A stretch of 64,000 bases of DNA. Source: Nevskiaceae bacterium. Lineage in GTDB: Bacteria > Pseudomonadota > Gammaproteobacteria > Nevskiales > Nevskiaceae. Shown here one piece after another: positions 45,566-55,874 of this stretch. The DNA lies in contig SSEB01000010.1 in assembly GCA_008012115.1 (NCBI GenBank), positions 47,407 through 111,406 of the forward strand, in the 5' to 3' direction. Within the stretch, counting starts at the first letter, position 1, and every line of letters begins with the position of its first letter. The notes under the pieces are model-generated. The model did not search any database, was not told where the DNA came from, and saw nothing but the letters and a program-made list of their open reading frames with translations. The position numbers were made by a program, and so were the translations under genes.

Positions 45566-46792
45566 TTAGAACGCGATCTGCGCGCGGGCCATCAGGGCCT
45601 TCGGCTTCGCGGTCTGGCCAGCGGTCACGCCGGCAACACCGTCAAGCTTGGACAGCGAGTAGTCCACCATGAAGCGGACATTCGGGTTGACGTAGTAGTT
45701 CACGCCGAAGGTCAGGGCATCGACCTTGGCATCGGTGTCCTTGTTCTTGGTGGCGTCGTAGCGAACCGCCACTTCGACCGCGCCGTCGACATCCTTCGGC
45801 TTGGCGGCGCCATAAGAACCGTCGCCCGCCTTGTAAACCTTGGACTCGCCGGTCACGTACCAGCTCGCGGTCACCGAGTAGGCATCCACGCTCTGGCCGT
45901 TGGCCGCATCGCCCCTGCGCTTGAACTTGGCCTTGCCGTATTCGCCCTGCAGGAAGACAGGACCGACGACGCCGAGCGCTTCCACAGTAAAGGTATCAGC
46001 CTTGGCCGTGCCCGCGGCGCCCGCCGTATTGGCGAAGGCGAAGACGTTGTACGAGGCGCCAACCTTGCTGTACGACGTGCTGTAACCGGCCGTCGGCGCG
46101 CCGAAGCCGGCATTGCCGGCCACGAGGTCAAACTGATCCTCGGAGTAAGTGGCGCCGACGTGCAGCACCTTGCCTTCCTCGTTGATCGGAGCGTAGGCCA
46201 GACGGACGTTGCCGCCCGCGCCCTGGGTATTGCCCTTGCTCACCTTGGTCTGCGAGTAGAAGGAAGCACCGGCCCAGAGGCCGTCAGCGGCATACTTGTA
46301 GTACACGCCGTCGGTGTAATCGCGGCCGCCGAACAGGCCGTTGGCCGACAGGACGTTGCGCTCCAGGAACACGACGTCGTTGTTGCTGGCCAGCTCATCG
46401 AGGCTGCGCCACGGCTTGTGCTGACCGAAATAAACGGTGTTGTCGCCGAAGGACTTGTTGAGCCAGACGTCGTTGAAGCCGGCGCCCGGCGACGACGTGC
46501 TGCTGATGTCCTCATCGATCTGGTAGCCCCAGCCGTAGGCCTTGCCCTTGAGGGTGATGAACACGCGGCGGAAGTAGAAGCCGCTGTTCTCGTTGTTGGC
46601 CGTCTGGTTGGAGTCGGTGTTCAGCAGAGCACCGTCGAAGTGGATACGGCCGCCGACCGTCGCTTCAAAACGGCCGTCGTCCGACTTGATCGTCAGGCCA
46701 CCCTTGGTCGAGGCGCTATCCGCAAAAGCGGACTGCGCGGTGACCGCCAGGGCGGCGGCGGCGAAAGCGGAAAGCTTGAACAGAGTGCGCAC
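45566..46792 (-). CDS. oprP: phosphate-selective porin (OprO/OprP family)
   Basis: Signal peptide MRTLFKLSAFAAAALAVTAQSAFA, GGLTIKSDDGRFEATVGGRIHFD, beta-barrel pattern, terminal ARAQIAF. Located inside the pho cluster. Confidence 0.8.
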   Translation of the reverse strand: MRTLFKLSAFAAAALAVTAQSAFADSASTKGGLTIKSDDGRFEATVGGRIHFDGALLNTDSNQTANNENSGFYFRRVFITLKGKAYGWGYQIDEDISSTSSPGAGFNDVWLNKSFGDNTVYFGQHKPWRSLDELASNNDVVFLERNVLSANGLFGGRDYTDGVYYKYAADGLWAGASFYSQTKVSKGNTQGAGGNVRLAYAPINEEGKVLHVGATYSEDQFDLVAGNAGFGAPTAGYSTSYSKVGASYNVFAFANTAGAAGTAKADTFTVEALGVVGPVFLQGEYGKAKFKRRGDAANGQSVDAYSVTASWYVTGESKVYKAGDGSYGAAKPKDVDGAVEVAVRYDATKNKDTDAKVDALTFGVNYYVNPNVRFMVDYSLSKLDGVAGVTAGQTAKPKALMARAQIAF

Positions 46793-46932
46793 TAAAATTC
46801 TCCCATTTGGACTGCAGTGAAATAAGGCTTCCTTTCGGAGGGACTAGACTGAGGAGGCCAGTCAGCCTGACCCCGAATGGTGCGTACCCCCACGAAAACG
46901 CGGCGAGTGTGGCCGGCCAACATCTCAGTCGT

Positions 46933-46961
46933 ATGAAGAACAAATGTCTTTTTTGTGACAA
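46933..46961 (-). promoter_or_regulatory. candidate Pho-box array in the oprP-pstS divergent region
   Basis: The - strand reads TTGTCAC-aaaa-AAGACAT-ttgt-TCTTCAT. That is three 7-mers at 11-bp phasing resembling CTGTCAT repeats, about 140 bp upstream of the porin ATG. Confidence 0.35.
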
Positions 46962-47127
46962 ACAACCCGGGTTTACCGCGGGAATCTGACTCCACCCTCA
47001 TCTAATAATAAGGACAGATCCGGGATGACCGCAGCGAATGCAAAGAAACTGCAAAGAACGGACGTTACTATCGCCGCGCCAAACGAAATGCCCCTTGTCT
47101 TTTCTGGAGAAATTCACTGTGAGCCTC

Positions 47128-48171
47128 ATGACTTCCATCACACGCGCTGCGGCCGCCGTACTGGCCGGTGCGGCGTTCGCAACCGCAGCCTACGCCGGCG
47201 ATATTTCCGGCGCCGGCGCGACCTTCCCCTACCCGGTCTACGCCAAGTGGGCGGATGCCTATAAGAAGGAAACTGGCGTTGGTCTCAACTATCAGTCGAT
47301 CGGCTCCGGCGGCGGCATCAAGCAGATCAAGGCCAAGACCGTGACTTTCGGCGCGACCGACAAGCCGCTGAAGGCCGACGCGCTTGAAGAGGCCGGCCTG
47401 GTGCAGTGGCCGATGGTGATGGGCGGCGTGGTGCCGGTGGTCAACGTCAAGGGTGTCGGCCCGGGCGAACTGGTGCTGGACGGCGCAACGCTCGCCAACA
47501 TCTTCATGGGCAAGATCAGCAAGTGGAACGACCCGGCGATCCAGAAGCTCAACCCCAGCCTCAAGCTGCCCAGCACCGCGATTGCCGTGGTGCACCGCTC
47601 GGACGGCTCCGGCACCACCTTCAACTTCGCCTACTACCTCGGCGAAGTCAGCTCGACCTGGAAGAACGTGGTCGGCGTCGACGCCTCCGTCGAATGGCCG
47701 GTCGGCATTGGTGGCAAGGGCAACGAAGGCGTGGCCAACATGACCGCCCAGACCGACGGCGCGATTGGCTACGTTGAGTATGCTTATGCGCTGCAGAACA
47801 AGATGGCCTACACGCGCATGGTGAACCGGGAAGGCAAGGTCGTCTCTCCGAGCGACGCCACGTTCAAGGCTGCCGCCGCCAACGCCAACTGGGCCAAGGC
47901 GCCGGGCTACTATCTGATCCTCGCCAACCAGCCGGGTGCGGAAAGCTGGCCGATGACTGCCGCCACCTTCATCCTGGTCTACAAGAAGCCGGATGACCCG
48001 GCCGCGGTGCTCGAAGCCCTGAAGTTCTTTGATTGGGCGTATCGCAAGGGCGACAAGCTCGCCGAGGAACTGGACTATGTGCCGATGCCCAACAGCGTGA
48101 CCCAGCTCGTCGAGAAGAGCTGGCTGCAGATCACCGATTCGGCTGGCAAGCCGGTCTGGCAGGCCAAGTAG
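47128..48171 (+). CDS. pstS: phosphate ABC transporter substrate-binding protein PstS
   Basis: Signal peptide, then [42 protein letters not shown]. An alternative GTG start at 47119 follows GGAGA. Confidence 0.9.
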   Translation: MTSITRAAAAVLAGAAFATAAYAGDISGAGATFPYPVYAKWADAYKKETGVGLNYQSIGSGGGIKQIKAKTVTFGATDKPLKADALEEAGLVQWPMVMGGVVPVVNVKGVGPGELVLDGATLANIFMGKISKWNDPAIQKLNPSLKLPSTAIAVVHRSDGSGTTFNFAYYLGEVSSTWKNVVGVDASVEWPVGIGGKGNEGVANMTAQTDGAIGYVEYAYALQNKMAYTRMVNREGKVVSPSDATFKAAAANANWAKAPGYYLILANQPGAESWPMTAATFILVYKKPDDPAAVLEALKFFDWAYRKGDKLAEELDYVPMPNSVTQLVEKSWLQITDSAGKPVWQAK

Positions 48172-48267
48172 CATGTCCGGGGCGGGAGGAGCCTGCACAG
48201 GCTCCTCCCGTTTCCGCTTCCTGATATACCATCGTTTCGACGCAAAAAGACTGACTAGGGAGCAGGC

Positions 48268-49248
48268 GTGGACGTTGCAGCCCAAAATACCGGTGTGATC
48301 GTTGCGGACGCCGCGGCACTGTCCAGAAACACCTTCTGGGATGGTTTTGCCCGGCAGTTGACGCGGGCTGCCGTGATCCTGGTCCTGATCATGCTGGGCG
48401 GCGTCATGGTCGCGCTGCTTGACGGCGCCGCGCCCGCGCTCAAAACCTTCGGATTCTCTTTCCTCACGACGGAGAGCTGGAATCCCGTCACCGAAAAATT
48501 TGGCGCCGTCGCGCCGATTTACGGCACCCTCATTACCTCCGCAATCGCCATGATCATCGGCATCCCGATCGGAATTGGCATTGCCATCTTTATTACCGAA
48601 CTCTGTCCGCGCTGGCTCAAGCGCCCCATCAGCACGGCAATCGAACTGCTGGCCGGCATTCCCAGCATCATCTACGGCATTTGGGGACTCTTCATCCTCG
48701 CCCCGCTCCTGCAGAGATACGTGCAACCCGCCCTGATCGATCTCTTCGACGGCGTGCCCATCCTCTCGGATCTCTTCACCGGCCCTCCGTACGGCATCGG
48801 TGTCCTGACCGCCGGCCTGATCCTCAGCATCATGGTGCTGCCCTTCATCACCTCGATCACCCGCGATGTGTTCGAAACCGTGCCGCCCATGCTCAAGGAG
48901 TCCGCCTATGGCCTTGGCTGTACGACCTGGGAAGTGGTACGCCGTATCGTCCTGCCTTACACCCGTACCGGCGTGATCGGCGGCATCATGCTGGGCCTTG
49001 GCCGCGCCCTGGGCGAGACCATGGCGGTGACCTTCGTCATCGGTAATGCCCACAAGATCGCGCACTCGCTGTTGGCCCCCGGCACCACGATTTCGGCCAG
49101 CATCGCCAATGAATTCACCGAAGCCGACGGCGTGCTGTACACCTCGTCGCTGATCGCACTCGGCCTGATCCTGTTCGTCATCACCTTCATCGTGCTCGCC
49201 GCCGCGCGCCTGTTGCTCCTGCGCCTGCAGCAGAAGGCGGGGAATTGA
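48268..49248 (+). CDS. pstC: phosphate ABC transporter permease PstC
   Basis: GTG start after GGGAG. 6-TM permease with the EAA-type loop ...[21 protein letters not shown]. Confidence 0.9.
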   Translation: MDVAAQNTGVIVADAAALSRNTFWDGFARQLTRAAVILVLIMLGGVMVALLDGAAPALKTFGFSFLTTESWNPVTEKFGAVAPIYGTLITSAIAMIIGIPIGIGIAIFITELCPRWLKRPISTAIELLAGIPSIIYGIWGLFILAPLLQRYVQPALIDLFDGVPILSDLFTGPPYGIGVLTAGLILSIMVLPFITSITRDVFETVPPMLKESAYGLGCTTWEVVRRIVLPYTRTGVIGGIMLGLGRALGETMAVTFVIGNAHKIAHSLLAPGTTISASIANEFTEADGVLYTSSLIALGLILFVITFIVLAAARLLLLRLQQKAGN

Positions 49249-49249
49249 T

Positions 49250-50107
49250 ATGAATGCCATCGCGCGGCAGCGCTACCAGCGTCGCAAGATCCGCAACTAC
49301 ATCGCCATGGCGCTGGCCTGCGTTGCCACCAGCCTCGGATTGCTGGCACTTGCCTGGATCCTCGGCACGCTGCTGTGGAAGGGTTTCGGCAACCTGTCGT
49401 TCGACGTTTTCACGCAGATGACTCCGCCACCCGGCGGCGCGGGCGGCCTGCTCAACGCCATCTACGGCAGCTTCATCCAGACCGCCATCGCCACACTGAT
49501 TGGCACCCCGATCGGCATTCTCGCCGGGACCTACATGGCGGAATACGGACGTGGCACCAAGCTCACGGGCATCGTCCGGTTCATCAACGACATCCTGCTG
49601 TCGGCGCCATCGATTGTCGTCGGCCTCTTCGTCTACGAAATCATGGTCGCGCCGATGGGACATTTTTCGGCCTGGGCCGGCTGCGTCGCGCTCGCCATCC
49701 TGATGATGCCGGTGGTGGTCCGCACCACCGAAGACATGTTGCTGCTGGTTCCCGACAGCCTGCGCGAAGCGGCCTCGGCCCTCGGCGCACCGCGCCATCA
49801 CGTGATCCGCAAGGTCTGCTACAGCGCCGCGCGCGCCGGTCTGGTCACCGGCGTTCTGCTGGCAGTGGCCCGCATCAGCGGCGAAACTGCGCCCCTGCTG
49901 TTCACGTCGCTCAACAACCAGTTCTGGAGCACCAACATGAACGCTCCGATGTCGAACCTTCCGGTGGTCATCTTCCAGTTCGCGCTGTCTCCCTATGCCG
50001 ACTGGCAGAAACTGGCATGGGTCGGCGCGCTGATCATCACGCTCACCGTCCTGATCCTCAACATCGCCGCGAGGACGCTGGTTGCCCCTCGCAGCCAGCA
50101 GAACTGA
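49250..50107 (+). CDS. pstA: phosphate ABC transporter permease PstA
   Basis: Follows pstC by 1 nt. ...[21 protein letters not shown]... EAA loop. Confidence 0.9.
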   Translation: MNAIARQRYQRRKIRNYIAMALACVATSLGLLALAWILGTLLWKGFGNLSFDVFTQMTPPPGGAGGLLNAIYGSFIQTAIATLIGTPIGILAGTYMAEYGRGTKLTGIVRFINDILLSAPSIVVGLFVYEIMVAPMGHFSAWAGCVALAILMMPVVVRTTEDMLLLVPDSLREAASALGAPRHHVIRKVCYSAARAGLVTGVLLAVARISGETAPLLFTSLNNQFWSTNMNAPMSNLPVVIFQFALSPYADWQKLAWVGALIITLTVLILNIAARTLVAPRSQQN

Positions 50108-50132
50108 ACCCAAGACTCCTGTGGATACCTTG

Positions 50133-50948
50133 ATGAAAGACCGCCCCAACATCCTCGTGCCGTCCACGACGGCGTCGCATGGCAATGCGACCGCCGCCGA
50201 GAAGGTCTCGATCCGCGACGTCTGCTTCTATTACGGCGAGACGATGGCGCTCAAGCACATCACCCTGCCGCTCTACGAGCGCAACGTCACGGCATTCATC
50301 GGTCCCTCAGGCTGCGGCAAATCGACACTGCTGCGCATCCTCAACCGGATGTACGACCTCTACCCGAAGCAGCGTGCCTCGGGTGAAGTGCTGCTGGACG
50401 GCCAGAACATCCTGGCCCCCGGCCAGGACCTCAACCTGCTGCGTGCGCGCATCGGCATGGTGTTCCAGAAGCCGACGCCGTTCCCGATGTCGATCTACGA
50501 AAACATCGCGTTCGGCGTCCGCCTGTACGAAAAGCTGTCGCGTACCGACATGGACGAGCGCGTCGAGGAATCGCTGCGCCGCACCGCCCTCTGGGAGGAG
50601 GTGCGCAACGACCTGCACCGCAGCGGCATGAGCTTGTCGGGTGGCCAGCAGCAGCGCCTGTGTATCGCCCGTACCATCGCCGTTCGTCCGCACGTCATCT
50701 TGCTCGACGAACCCACCTCGGCACTCGACCCGATCTCGACGGCAAAAATCGAAGAGTTGATCTACCAGCTCAAGGCCGACTACACCATCGCCATCGTGAC
50801 CCATAACATGCAGCAGGCAGCGCGCGTAGCCGATCACACCGCCTTCATGTACCTGGGCGAGCTGGTGGAATTCGGCCCGACCGACCAGATCTTCACCAAG
50901 CCGCGCGAGCAGCGCACCGAAGACTACATCACGGGCCGCTTCGGCTAG
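50133..50948 (+). CDS. pstB: phosphate ABC transporter ATP-binding protein PstB
   Basis: [14 protein letters not shown] (Walker A), [25 protein letters not shown], and the PstB-typical [19 protein letters not shown]. Confidence 0.95.
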   Translation: MKDRPNILVPSTTASHGNATAAEKVSIRDVCFYYGETMALKHITLPLYERNVTAFIGPSGCGKSTLLRILNRMYDLYPKQRASGEVLLDGQNILAPGQDLNLLRARIGMVFQKPTPFPMSIYENIAFGVRLYEKLSRTDMDERVEESLRRTALWEEVRNDLHRSGMSLSGGQQQRLCIARTIAVRPHVILLDEPTSALDPISTAKIEELIYQLKADYTIAIVTHNMQQAARVADHTAFMYLGELVEFGPTDQIFTKPREQRTEDYITGRFG

Positions 50949-50974
50949 CGTCGCAAATTCCCCACCAGAGACAA

Positions 50975-51008
50975 GGAAGGGGCGCCACCAGGCGCCCCTT
51001 CCGTTTTT
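50975..51008 (+). terminator. pstB intrinsic terminator
   Basis: GGAAGGGGCGCC-ACCA-GGCGCCCCTTCC (perfect 12-bp stem) followed by GTTTTT. Confidence 0.85.
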
Positions 51009-51043
51009 ATTGCCCCCAATCGCGCGCTCTGGCGCCCAGAATC

Positions 51044-52420
51044 TCAGACTTTTGCCGCGGCCGCGGTCGTGAGCGCCGGCAAGCCCTGTGCACGTAGCCG
51101 GGACGCCGGGAAGTGACAGATGAAGGTGCTGCCCTTGCCCAGTTCACTGCGGATTTCCAGGCTCGCCTCGTGGCGGTCCAGGGCGTGCTTCACGATCGAC
51201 AGGCCCAGGCCAGTGCCTCCGCTGGCGCGCGAGCGGCCGACGTCCACCCTGTAGAAACGCTCAGTCAGACGCGGAATATCTTTTTCCGAGATGCCAATAC
51301 CCGTGTCCTTGACCGAAAATTGCGCGCCATCTGTCTCGGCGCGCCAGACAATCCGGATTTCCCCGCCCTTGCGGGTGTAGCGCACGGCATTGGAGACCAG
51401 ATTGGTGAAGACGCTCTGCAGATCGTTCTCGTCACCCAGCAGGCGCAGATCGGGATCGATCTCGGCTTCGATGCGGTGCTCGTTGTGCGACAGCGCGCGC
51501 GCGTCTTCGACGACCCGGCGCAGCATCGCGGGAACGTCCAGCACCTCGCTGCGCGCTGGCGTGTCGGCCTCCAGGCGCGCGAGACGCAGCATGTCGCGGA
51601 CCAGCGACTCCATGCGCGCGGCTTGCGCCTTCATTTCGGCGATCGGGCCGCGCCACAGTGCCAGGGCTTCCTGCCGCTGCAGTTCGGGCTCCATCATGTC
51701 GAGATAGCCGCGCAGCACCGTCAGTGGCGTCCGCAGCTCATGTGATGCGTTGGCGACGAAATCCCGGCGCGCCGTCTCGAGGCGCTTGAATTCGGAGATG
51801 TCGCGCACGATCAGCAAGCGCTGGTTGTTGCCATAAGGGATGATGTGTAGCGACAGTGTGTTGCGCGGATTGAGCGGCGAAAGCACCTCCACCGGATCGC
51901 TGTAATCGCCGCGTACAAAATAATCGGTGAACACCGGGTTGCGGATCAGATTCGGAATGCGCAGGCCGACGTCTGCCGCGCCGCGCAGTCCCAGTAGCAC
52001 CTGTGCGGCCTGGTTGAACCAGGCGATTTCACCGTACGCGCCCAAGACGACCGCGCCATCCGGCAGGGCCGCCGTCGAAGCCTGGTACTCCGCGAGCATC
52101 CCGGCCAAGCGCTTCTTCTTGCGGCGATTGCGGCGCTGCAGATCGATCAGGCGATCGAACACCTCGCCCCAGACACCGCCCGCTTCCGGCAGGTTGAGCC
52201 CTTTTGGTCGCTGCAGCCAGGCGCTGAGTCGCGCCAAGTGGCGTAGATAAAGCCCCAGGAACAGCGCCAGGCTGATGCACACGCCGACCATGGCATGGCC
52301 GAAGGCGGCGCCGACCAGCAGGGCCAGCGTCGTGACGACGATCACGCGAACCAGTTCCTGCCGCCAGGCCGGCGGCGGCGAGAGTCTCGGAACGGGTTTT
52401 TCGGGCTCAGTCACGGCCAT
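51044..52420 (-). CDS. phoR: phosphate regulon sensor histidine kinase PhoR
   Basis: Two N-terminal TM segments, PAS region, H-box DFVANASHELRTPLTVL, N-box NLVSNAVRYT, G-boxes DTGIGI and GGTGLGLSIVKH. Confidence 0.9.
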   Translation of the reverse strand: MAVTEPEKPVPRLSPPPAWRQELVRVIVVTTLALLVGAAFGHAMVGVCISLALFLGLYLRHLARLSAWLQRPKGLNLPEAGGVWGEVFDRLIDLQRRNRRKKKRLAGMLAEYQASTAALPDGAVVLGAYGEIAWFNQAAQVLLGLRGAADVGLRIPNLIRNPVFTDYFVRGDYSDPVEVLSPLNPRNTLSLHIIPYGNNQRLLIVRDISEFKRLETARRDFVANASHELRTPLTVLRGYLDMMEPELQRQEALALWRGPIAEMKAQAARMESLVRDMLRLARLEADTPARSEVLDVPAMLRRVVEDARALSHNEHRIEAEIDPDLRLLGDENDLQSVFTNLVSNAVRYTRKGGEIRIVWRAETDGAQFSVKDTGIGISEKDIPRLTERFYRVDVGRSRASGGTGLGLSIVKHALDRHEASLEIRSELGKGSTFICHFPASRLRAQGLPALTTAAAAKV

Positions 52421-52524
52421 GCGCTCCCAACCGGGGGTGCCTCATCATATGGAGTCGACGCCTGTTGTGCGAAAGCCCGGCGGCATGGGCGTTCCTGGAC
52501 CGGACGCGATGGCGCAGTGACGGT

Positions 52525-53217
52525 TTAAGCGCGTTCTGAAAAGCGGTAGCCGGTGCCGCGCACAGTCTGGATCATCTGATCGTAGCCATGCGGCTCCAGC
52601 GCCTTGCGCAACCTGCGGATGTGGACGTCGACGGTGCGCTCCTCGACATAGACGCTCTGTCCCCACACGCGGTCCAGCACCTGCTCGCGCGTGTAGACGC
52701 GCTCGGGGTGGCTGACGAAAAAGTGCAGCAGCCGGTATTCGGTCGGCCCCAGATGCACCGGTGCGCCCTTGGCCGTCACGCGCTGGCTGGCGACGTCGAC
52801 CTCCAGGCCGTTGATCGCGAGCTTCTCTTCTTCGCCACCCGGCATGGCGCGACGCAGCACGGCCTGGATTCGGGCGATCAGTTCAGGAAACGAGAAAGGC
52901 TTGGAGACGTAGTCGTCACAGCCCAGATTGAGCGCGCGGACCTTGTCTTCCTCTTCAGCGCGCGCAGTCACCATGATCACCGGAATATCCTTGCTGGTCG
53001 GGGCCGCCTTCAATTCGCGCGTCAGTTCGACGCCGGAGGCACCGGGCATCATCCAGTCCATCAGCACGAGATCGGGGCGTTCCTCGGCGATGCGCAGGCG
53101 CGCTTCCTGGGCATTGGCGGCCTCCGTCACGCGGAACTCTGCCCGGGTCAAGGCAAAGCGGATCATCTCGCGAATCGCGCTTTCGTCTTCGACGACGAGG
53201 ATTAGTTTATTGCTCAT
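52525..53217 (-). CDS. phoB: phosphate regulon response regulator PhoB
   Basis: MSNKLILVVEDESAIREMI...DLVLMDWMMPG...IMVTARAEEED..., winged helix TVDVHIRRLRKAL...IQTVRGTGYRF. An alternative ATG at 53223 is possible. Confidence 0.95.
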   Translation of the reverse strand: MSNKLILVVEDESAIREMIRFALTRAEFRVTEAANAQEARLRIAEERPDLVLMDWMMPGASGVELTRELKAAPTSKDIPVIMVTARAEEEDKVRALNLGCDDYVSKPFSFPELIARIQAVLRRAMPGGEEEKLAINGLEVDVASQRVTAKGAPVHLGPTEYRLLHFFVSHPERVYTREQVLDRVWGQSVYVEERTVDVHIRRLRKALEPHGYDQMIQTVRGTGYRFSERA

Positions 53218-53262
53218 ACCCATAGTCTGATGATGCGACAGGGACGAGAATATTGCGAGCGC

Positions 53263-53280
53263 GTGAAGAATTCGTTACAG
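53263..53280 (-). promoter_or_regulatory. candidate Pho box upstream of phoB
   Basis: The - strand reads CTGTAAC-GAAT-TCTTCAC (compare CTGTCAT-AWAW-CTGTCAY), with TATTCT about 10 nt downstream as a -10 candidate. Overlaps the stop of the upstream KAS III gene. Confidence 0.45.
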
Positions 53281-54390
53281 CCGCCGCATCACCACGCTGC
53301 CTGCGGAATAACCCGCGCCAAAGGCGCACAGCACCGCGGCATCGCCGGTCACCAGGTCGTCGTGATACATGTGGAAGGCGATCACCGAACCGGCCGAGCT
53401 GGTGTTGGCGTAACGGTCGAGAATGACCGGCGCCTCCTGTACGGAAGGCTCGCGTCCCAGCACCTTCTTCGATATCAGCTGGTTCATCGACAGATTGGCC
53501 TGGTGCAACCAGAAGCGCTTCACGCCGTTGGGTTCGATGCCGAGATCGCCGAGGTGCGTGGTGATCAGCTCCGACACCAGCGGCACGACTTCCTTGAACA
53601 CCTTGCGGCCTTCCTGGTTGAACAACACGTCGTGCCACTCACGCGGCGGCTGCTCGCTGGCGTTGAGGAAGCCGAAGTTGTTGCGGATGTTGTTGGAGAA
53701 CTGGGTCTGCAGACGGGTGCCCAGCACCTCGAAGCCGTCACGCCCTTCCTTCAGCGGTTCCACGAGAACCGCCGTGGCGGCATCGCCGAAGATGAAATGG
53801 CAGTCGCGATTACGGAAATTGAGATGCCCGCTGCAGATTTCCGGGCTCACCACCAGGGCCGCGCGCGCGCTGCCGTTGCGCACCGCATCCACCGCCGCCT
53901 GGATGCCGAAAGCCGCGGAGGCGCAGGCCACGTTCATGTCGTAGGCATAGCCCCCGGTGCCCAGCAGCTGCTGCAGTTCCACCGCGATCGCCGGGTACGG
54001 GCGCGCCAGGTTGGAGCAGGCCACCAGGACCGCATCCACGTCCTCGGCCTTGCGGCCGGCGCGTTGCAGTGCCTCGCGGGCCGCCGCCGCGCCCATTTCG
54101 GCGAGGATCGACGGCTCGTCGTTGCCGCGACGACGGATCAGCGGGCGCATCACGTCCGGATCGAGAATGCCGGACTTGTTGACGACGTTGCGCGCCTGGA
54201 TGCCCGAGGCCTTGACGATGAATTCGCTGGAGGAATGCGCCAGCGGTTGCACCGTGCCGGCCGCGATGGCCTCGGCATGGCGCGCGTTGAACTTGTCGAC
54301 GTAGGCGTTGAAAGCGACCACCAGCTCGTCATTGCTGATGGATTCCGGCGGCGTGTAAAGGCCGGTACCGGTGATGGCGACGCGCGTCAT
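53275..54390 (-). CDS. beta-ketoacyl-ACP synthase III family protein
   Basis: Start MTRVAITGTGLYTP. Active-site Cys in DMNVACASAAF. C-terminal WLHQANLSMN and ANTSSAGSV (His/Asn). The upstream 174 codons of the tracked ORF are rejected. Confidence 0.85.
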   Translation of the reverse strand: MTRVAITGTGLYTPPESISNDELVVAFNAYVDKFNARHAEAIAAGTVQPLAHSSSEFIVKASGIQARNVVNKSGILDPDVMRPLIRRRGNDEPSILAEMGAAAAREALQRAGRKAEDVDAVLVACSNLARPYPAIAVELQQLLGTGGYAYDMNVACASAAFGIQAAVDAVRNGSARAALVVSPEICSGHLNFRNRDCHFIFGDAATAVLVEPLKEGRDGFEVLGTRLQTQFSNNIRNNFGFLNASEQPPREWHDVLFNQEGRKVFKEVVPLVSELITTHLGDLGIEPNGVKRFWLHQANLSMNQLISKKVLGREPSVQEAPVILDRYANTSSAGSVIAFHMYHDDLVTGDAAVLCAFGAGYSAGSVVMRRL

Positions 54391-54428
54391 GGGGGTCGTC
54401 CCTGGGAGTCTGGTCTTGAATCGCGATT

Positions 54429-55841
54429 TTAGCCGACGGCGGGCCAACCGGCCCGCAGCAGGGCCTCGCGCAGGACTTCGCGCGTTTCCGGCTCGCGGCG
54501 GATCGTCAGGTGCGCGCCCTGGTACCAGGTCACTGGCACGCCCCAGTGCTGCGACAGCTGCACCGGGTGCTGGGGCACGACGATGCGGTCGGCGGCGCCG
54601 CCGAGAATCAGCAGCCGGTCCTTGTCGAGCAGCGGCGCCCGCGCCAGCGGCGACACAGGCGCGAGAATCTGCCGGTAACGCGACTCGCTGACGCCGCGCG
54701 CCGTGAAATAACGCAGCTGCGCCGGCGGCATGAACCGCCATAACGCGGTGGCGAAATCCACCACCGGAATGGCGGCGACGACAAAATCGAGCCCCGCGTC
54801 GTAGGTCGCCAGCAGGCTGACGTTGTAGCCGCCCAGGCTGACGCCGAAGGCACCGATGCGCGGCCTCTCCTCCTGTTGGCGGATCCAGGCCAGCGTACGG
54901 CGCAGATCCCAAAGGGCATGCGCCTCGGCATGGGCGAGGTCGAGCACATCACCGTCCAGGAAATGATCGCCCGAGCGCAGGCCGACCCGGCGCGGGCCGT
55001 GCAGCGGCAGCACCGGCTGCACGATGTTCAGCCCCAGGCGGGCGTGCAGCCAGCGCGGGTGGAACAGGCCCAGGTCCAGCCACGGCATGCCCATGCGGTA
55101 ACCATGCACGCAGAGCAGCCAGGGACGCGGCGGGCCGGGATGGCGCAGCACGCGCACCACGCAGCGGTTGTTGGTCACCTGGCTCGTCCAGGCGGCGGCG
55201 CCCGGCAGGCTCTCGTCGGGGATGTAGCCGCTGTCCCAGCTCAGTTCCTCGTAGCGGTAGCCGAAGATCTGGCGCTCGCGGGCGGTGACGCCCTCCGGCG
55301 GCGGTGGCTCGGCGTGGTAGGCGGCCGGGTTGGCATCCCAGCCCCGCTCGCGGATCAGGGCATCCAGCTTCAGGGCGTCCTCGCACATGCGGTCGGCATC
55401 GTCGCCGGACGGCAGATCGATGCCGGCGACGAAATAGCCGAGCATCGCCTCGTCGAGGGCGGACTTGGCATCCATCGCCAGCGACAGTTCCGGTGCCGGC
55501 GCGCCCGCCGGCAGCGGCTCGGCGGTGAGCGCGACTCGGCCGGCCACCAGGAAACTGGCAACACAGCCGAAGAAAGCGACAAAAGCCAATGCCGAGGGAC
55601 CGAACACGAACAGGAGCAGTGCGATGAGGGCGCCGACCACGCTGGCCAGCGACATGTAGCTGGTCACGCGCGGATCGCCCGGCATCAGCAGCAGCGACAC
55701 ACCGGTGCCGAGCAGCACGCCGCCGGGCAGCAGCGCCCAGATCAGCCAGTGGCCGTCGCCGCTGGCCAGCAACCAGTACAGCCCGGCCAGGATCGGCACG
55801 GCGCTCAGCGTCTCCCAGCGTTTCGGTCGAGGAATCTGCAT
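54429..55841 (-). CDS. membrane-anchored alpha/beta hydrolase (hypothetical)
   Basis: Four N-terminal TM helices, then a hydrolase fold with nucleophile elbow GAFGVSLGGY. Start taken at ATG 55841 (MQIPRPKRW). The tracked GTG at 55877 lies inside repeat copy 6. Confidence 0.65.
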   Translation of the reverse strand: MQIPRPKRWETLSAVPILAGLYWLLASGDGHWLIWALLPGGVLLGTGVSLLLMPGDPRVTSYMSLASVVGALIALLLFVFGPSALAFVAFFGCVASFLVAGRVALTAEPLPAGAPAPELSLAMDAKSALDEAMLGYFVAGIDLPSGDDADRMCEDALKLDALIRERGWDANPAAYHAEPPPPEGVTARERQIFGYRYEELSWDSGYIPDESLPGAAAWTSQVTNNRCVVRVLRHPGPPRPWLLCVHGYRMGMPWLDLGLFHPRWLHARLGLNIVQPVLPLHGPRRVGLRSGDHFLDGDVLDLAHAEAHALWDLRRTLAWIRQQEERPRIGAFGVSLGGYNVSLLATYDAGLDFVVAAIPVVDFATALWRFMPPAQLRYFTARGVSESRYRQILAPVSPLARAPLLDKDRLLILGGAADRIVVPQHPVQLSQHWGVPVTWYQGAHLTIRREPETREVLREALLRAGWPAVG

Positions 55842-55874
55842 CGTCAGGGAATCCGGCTGTGCCTCGTTCGGTGC

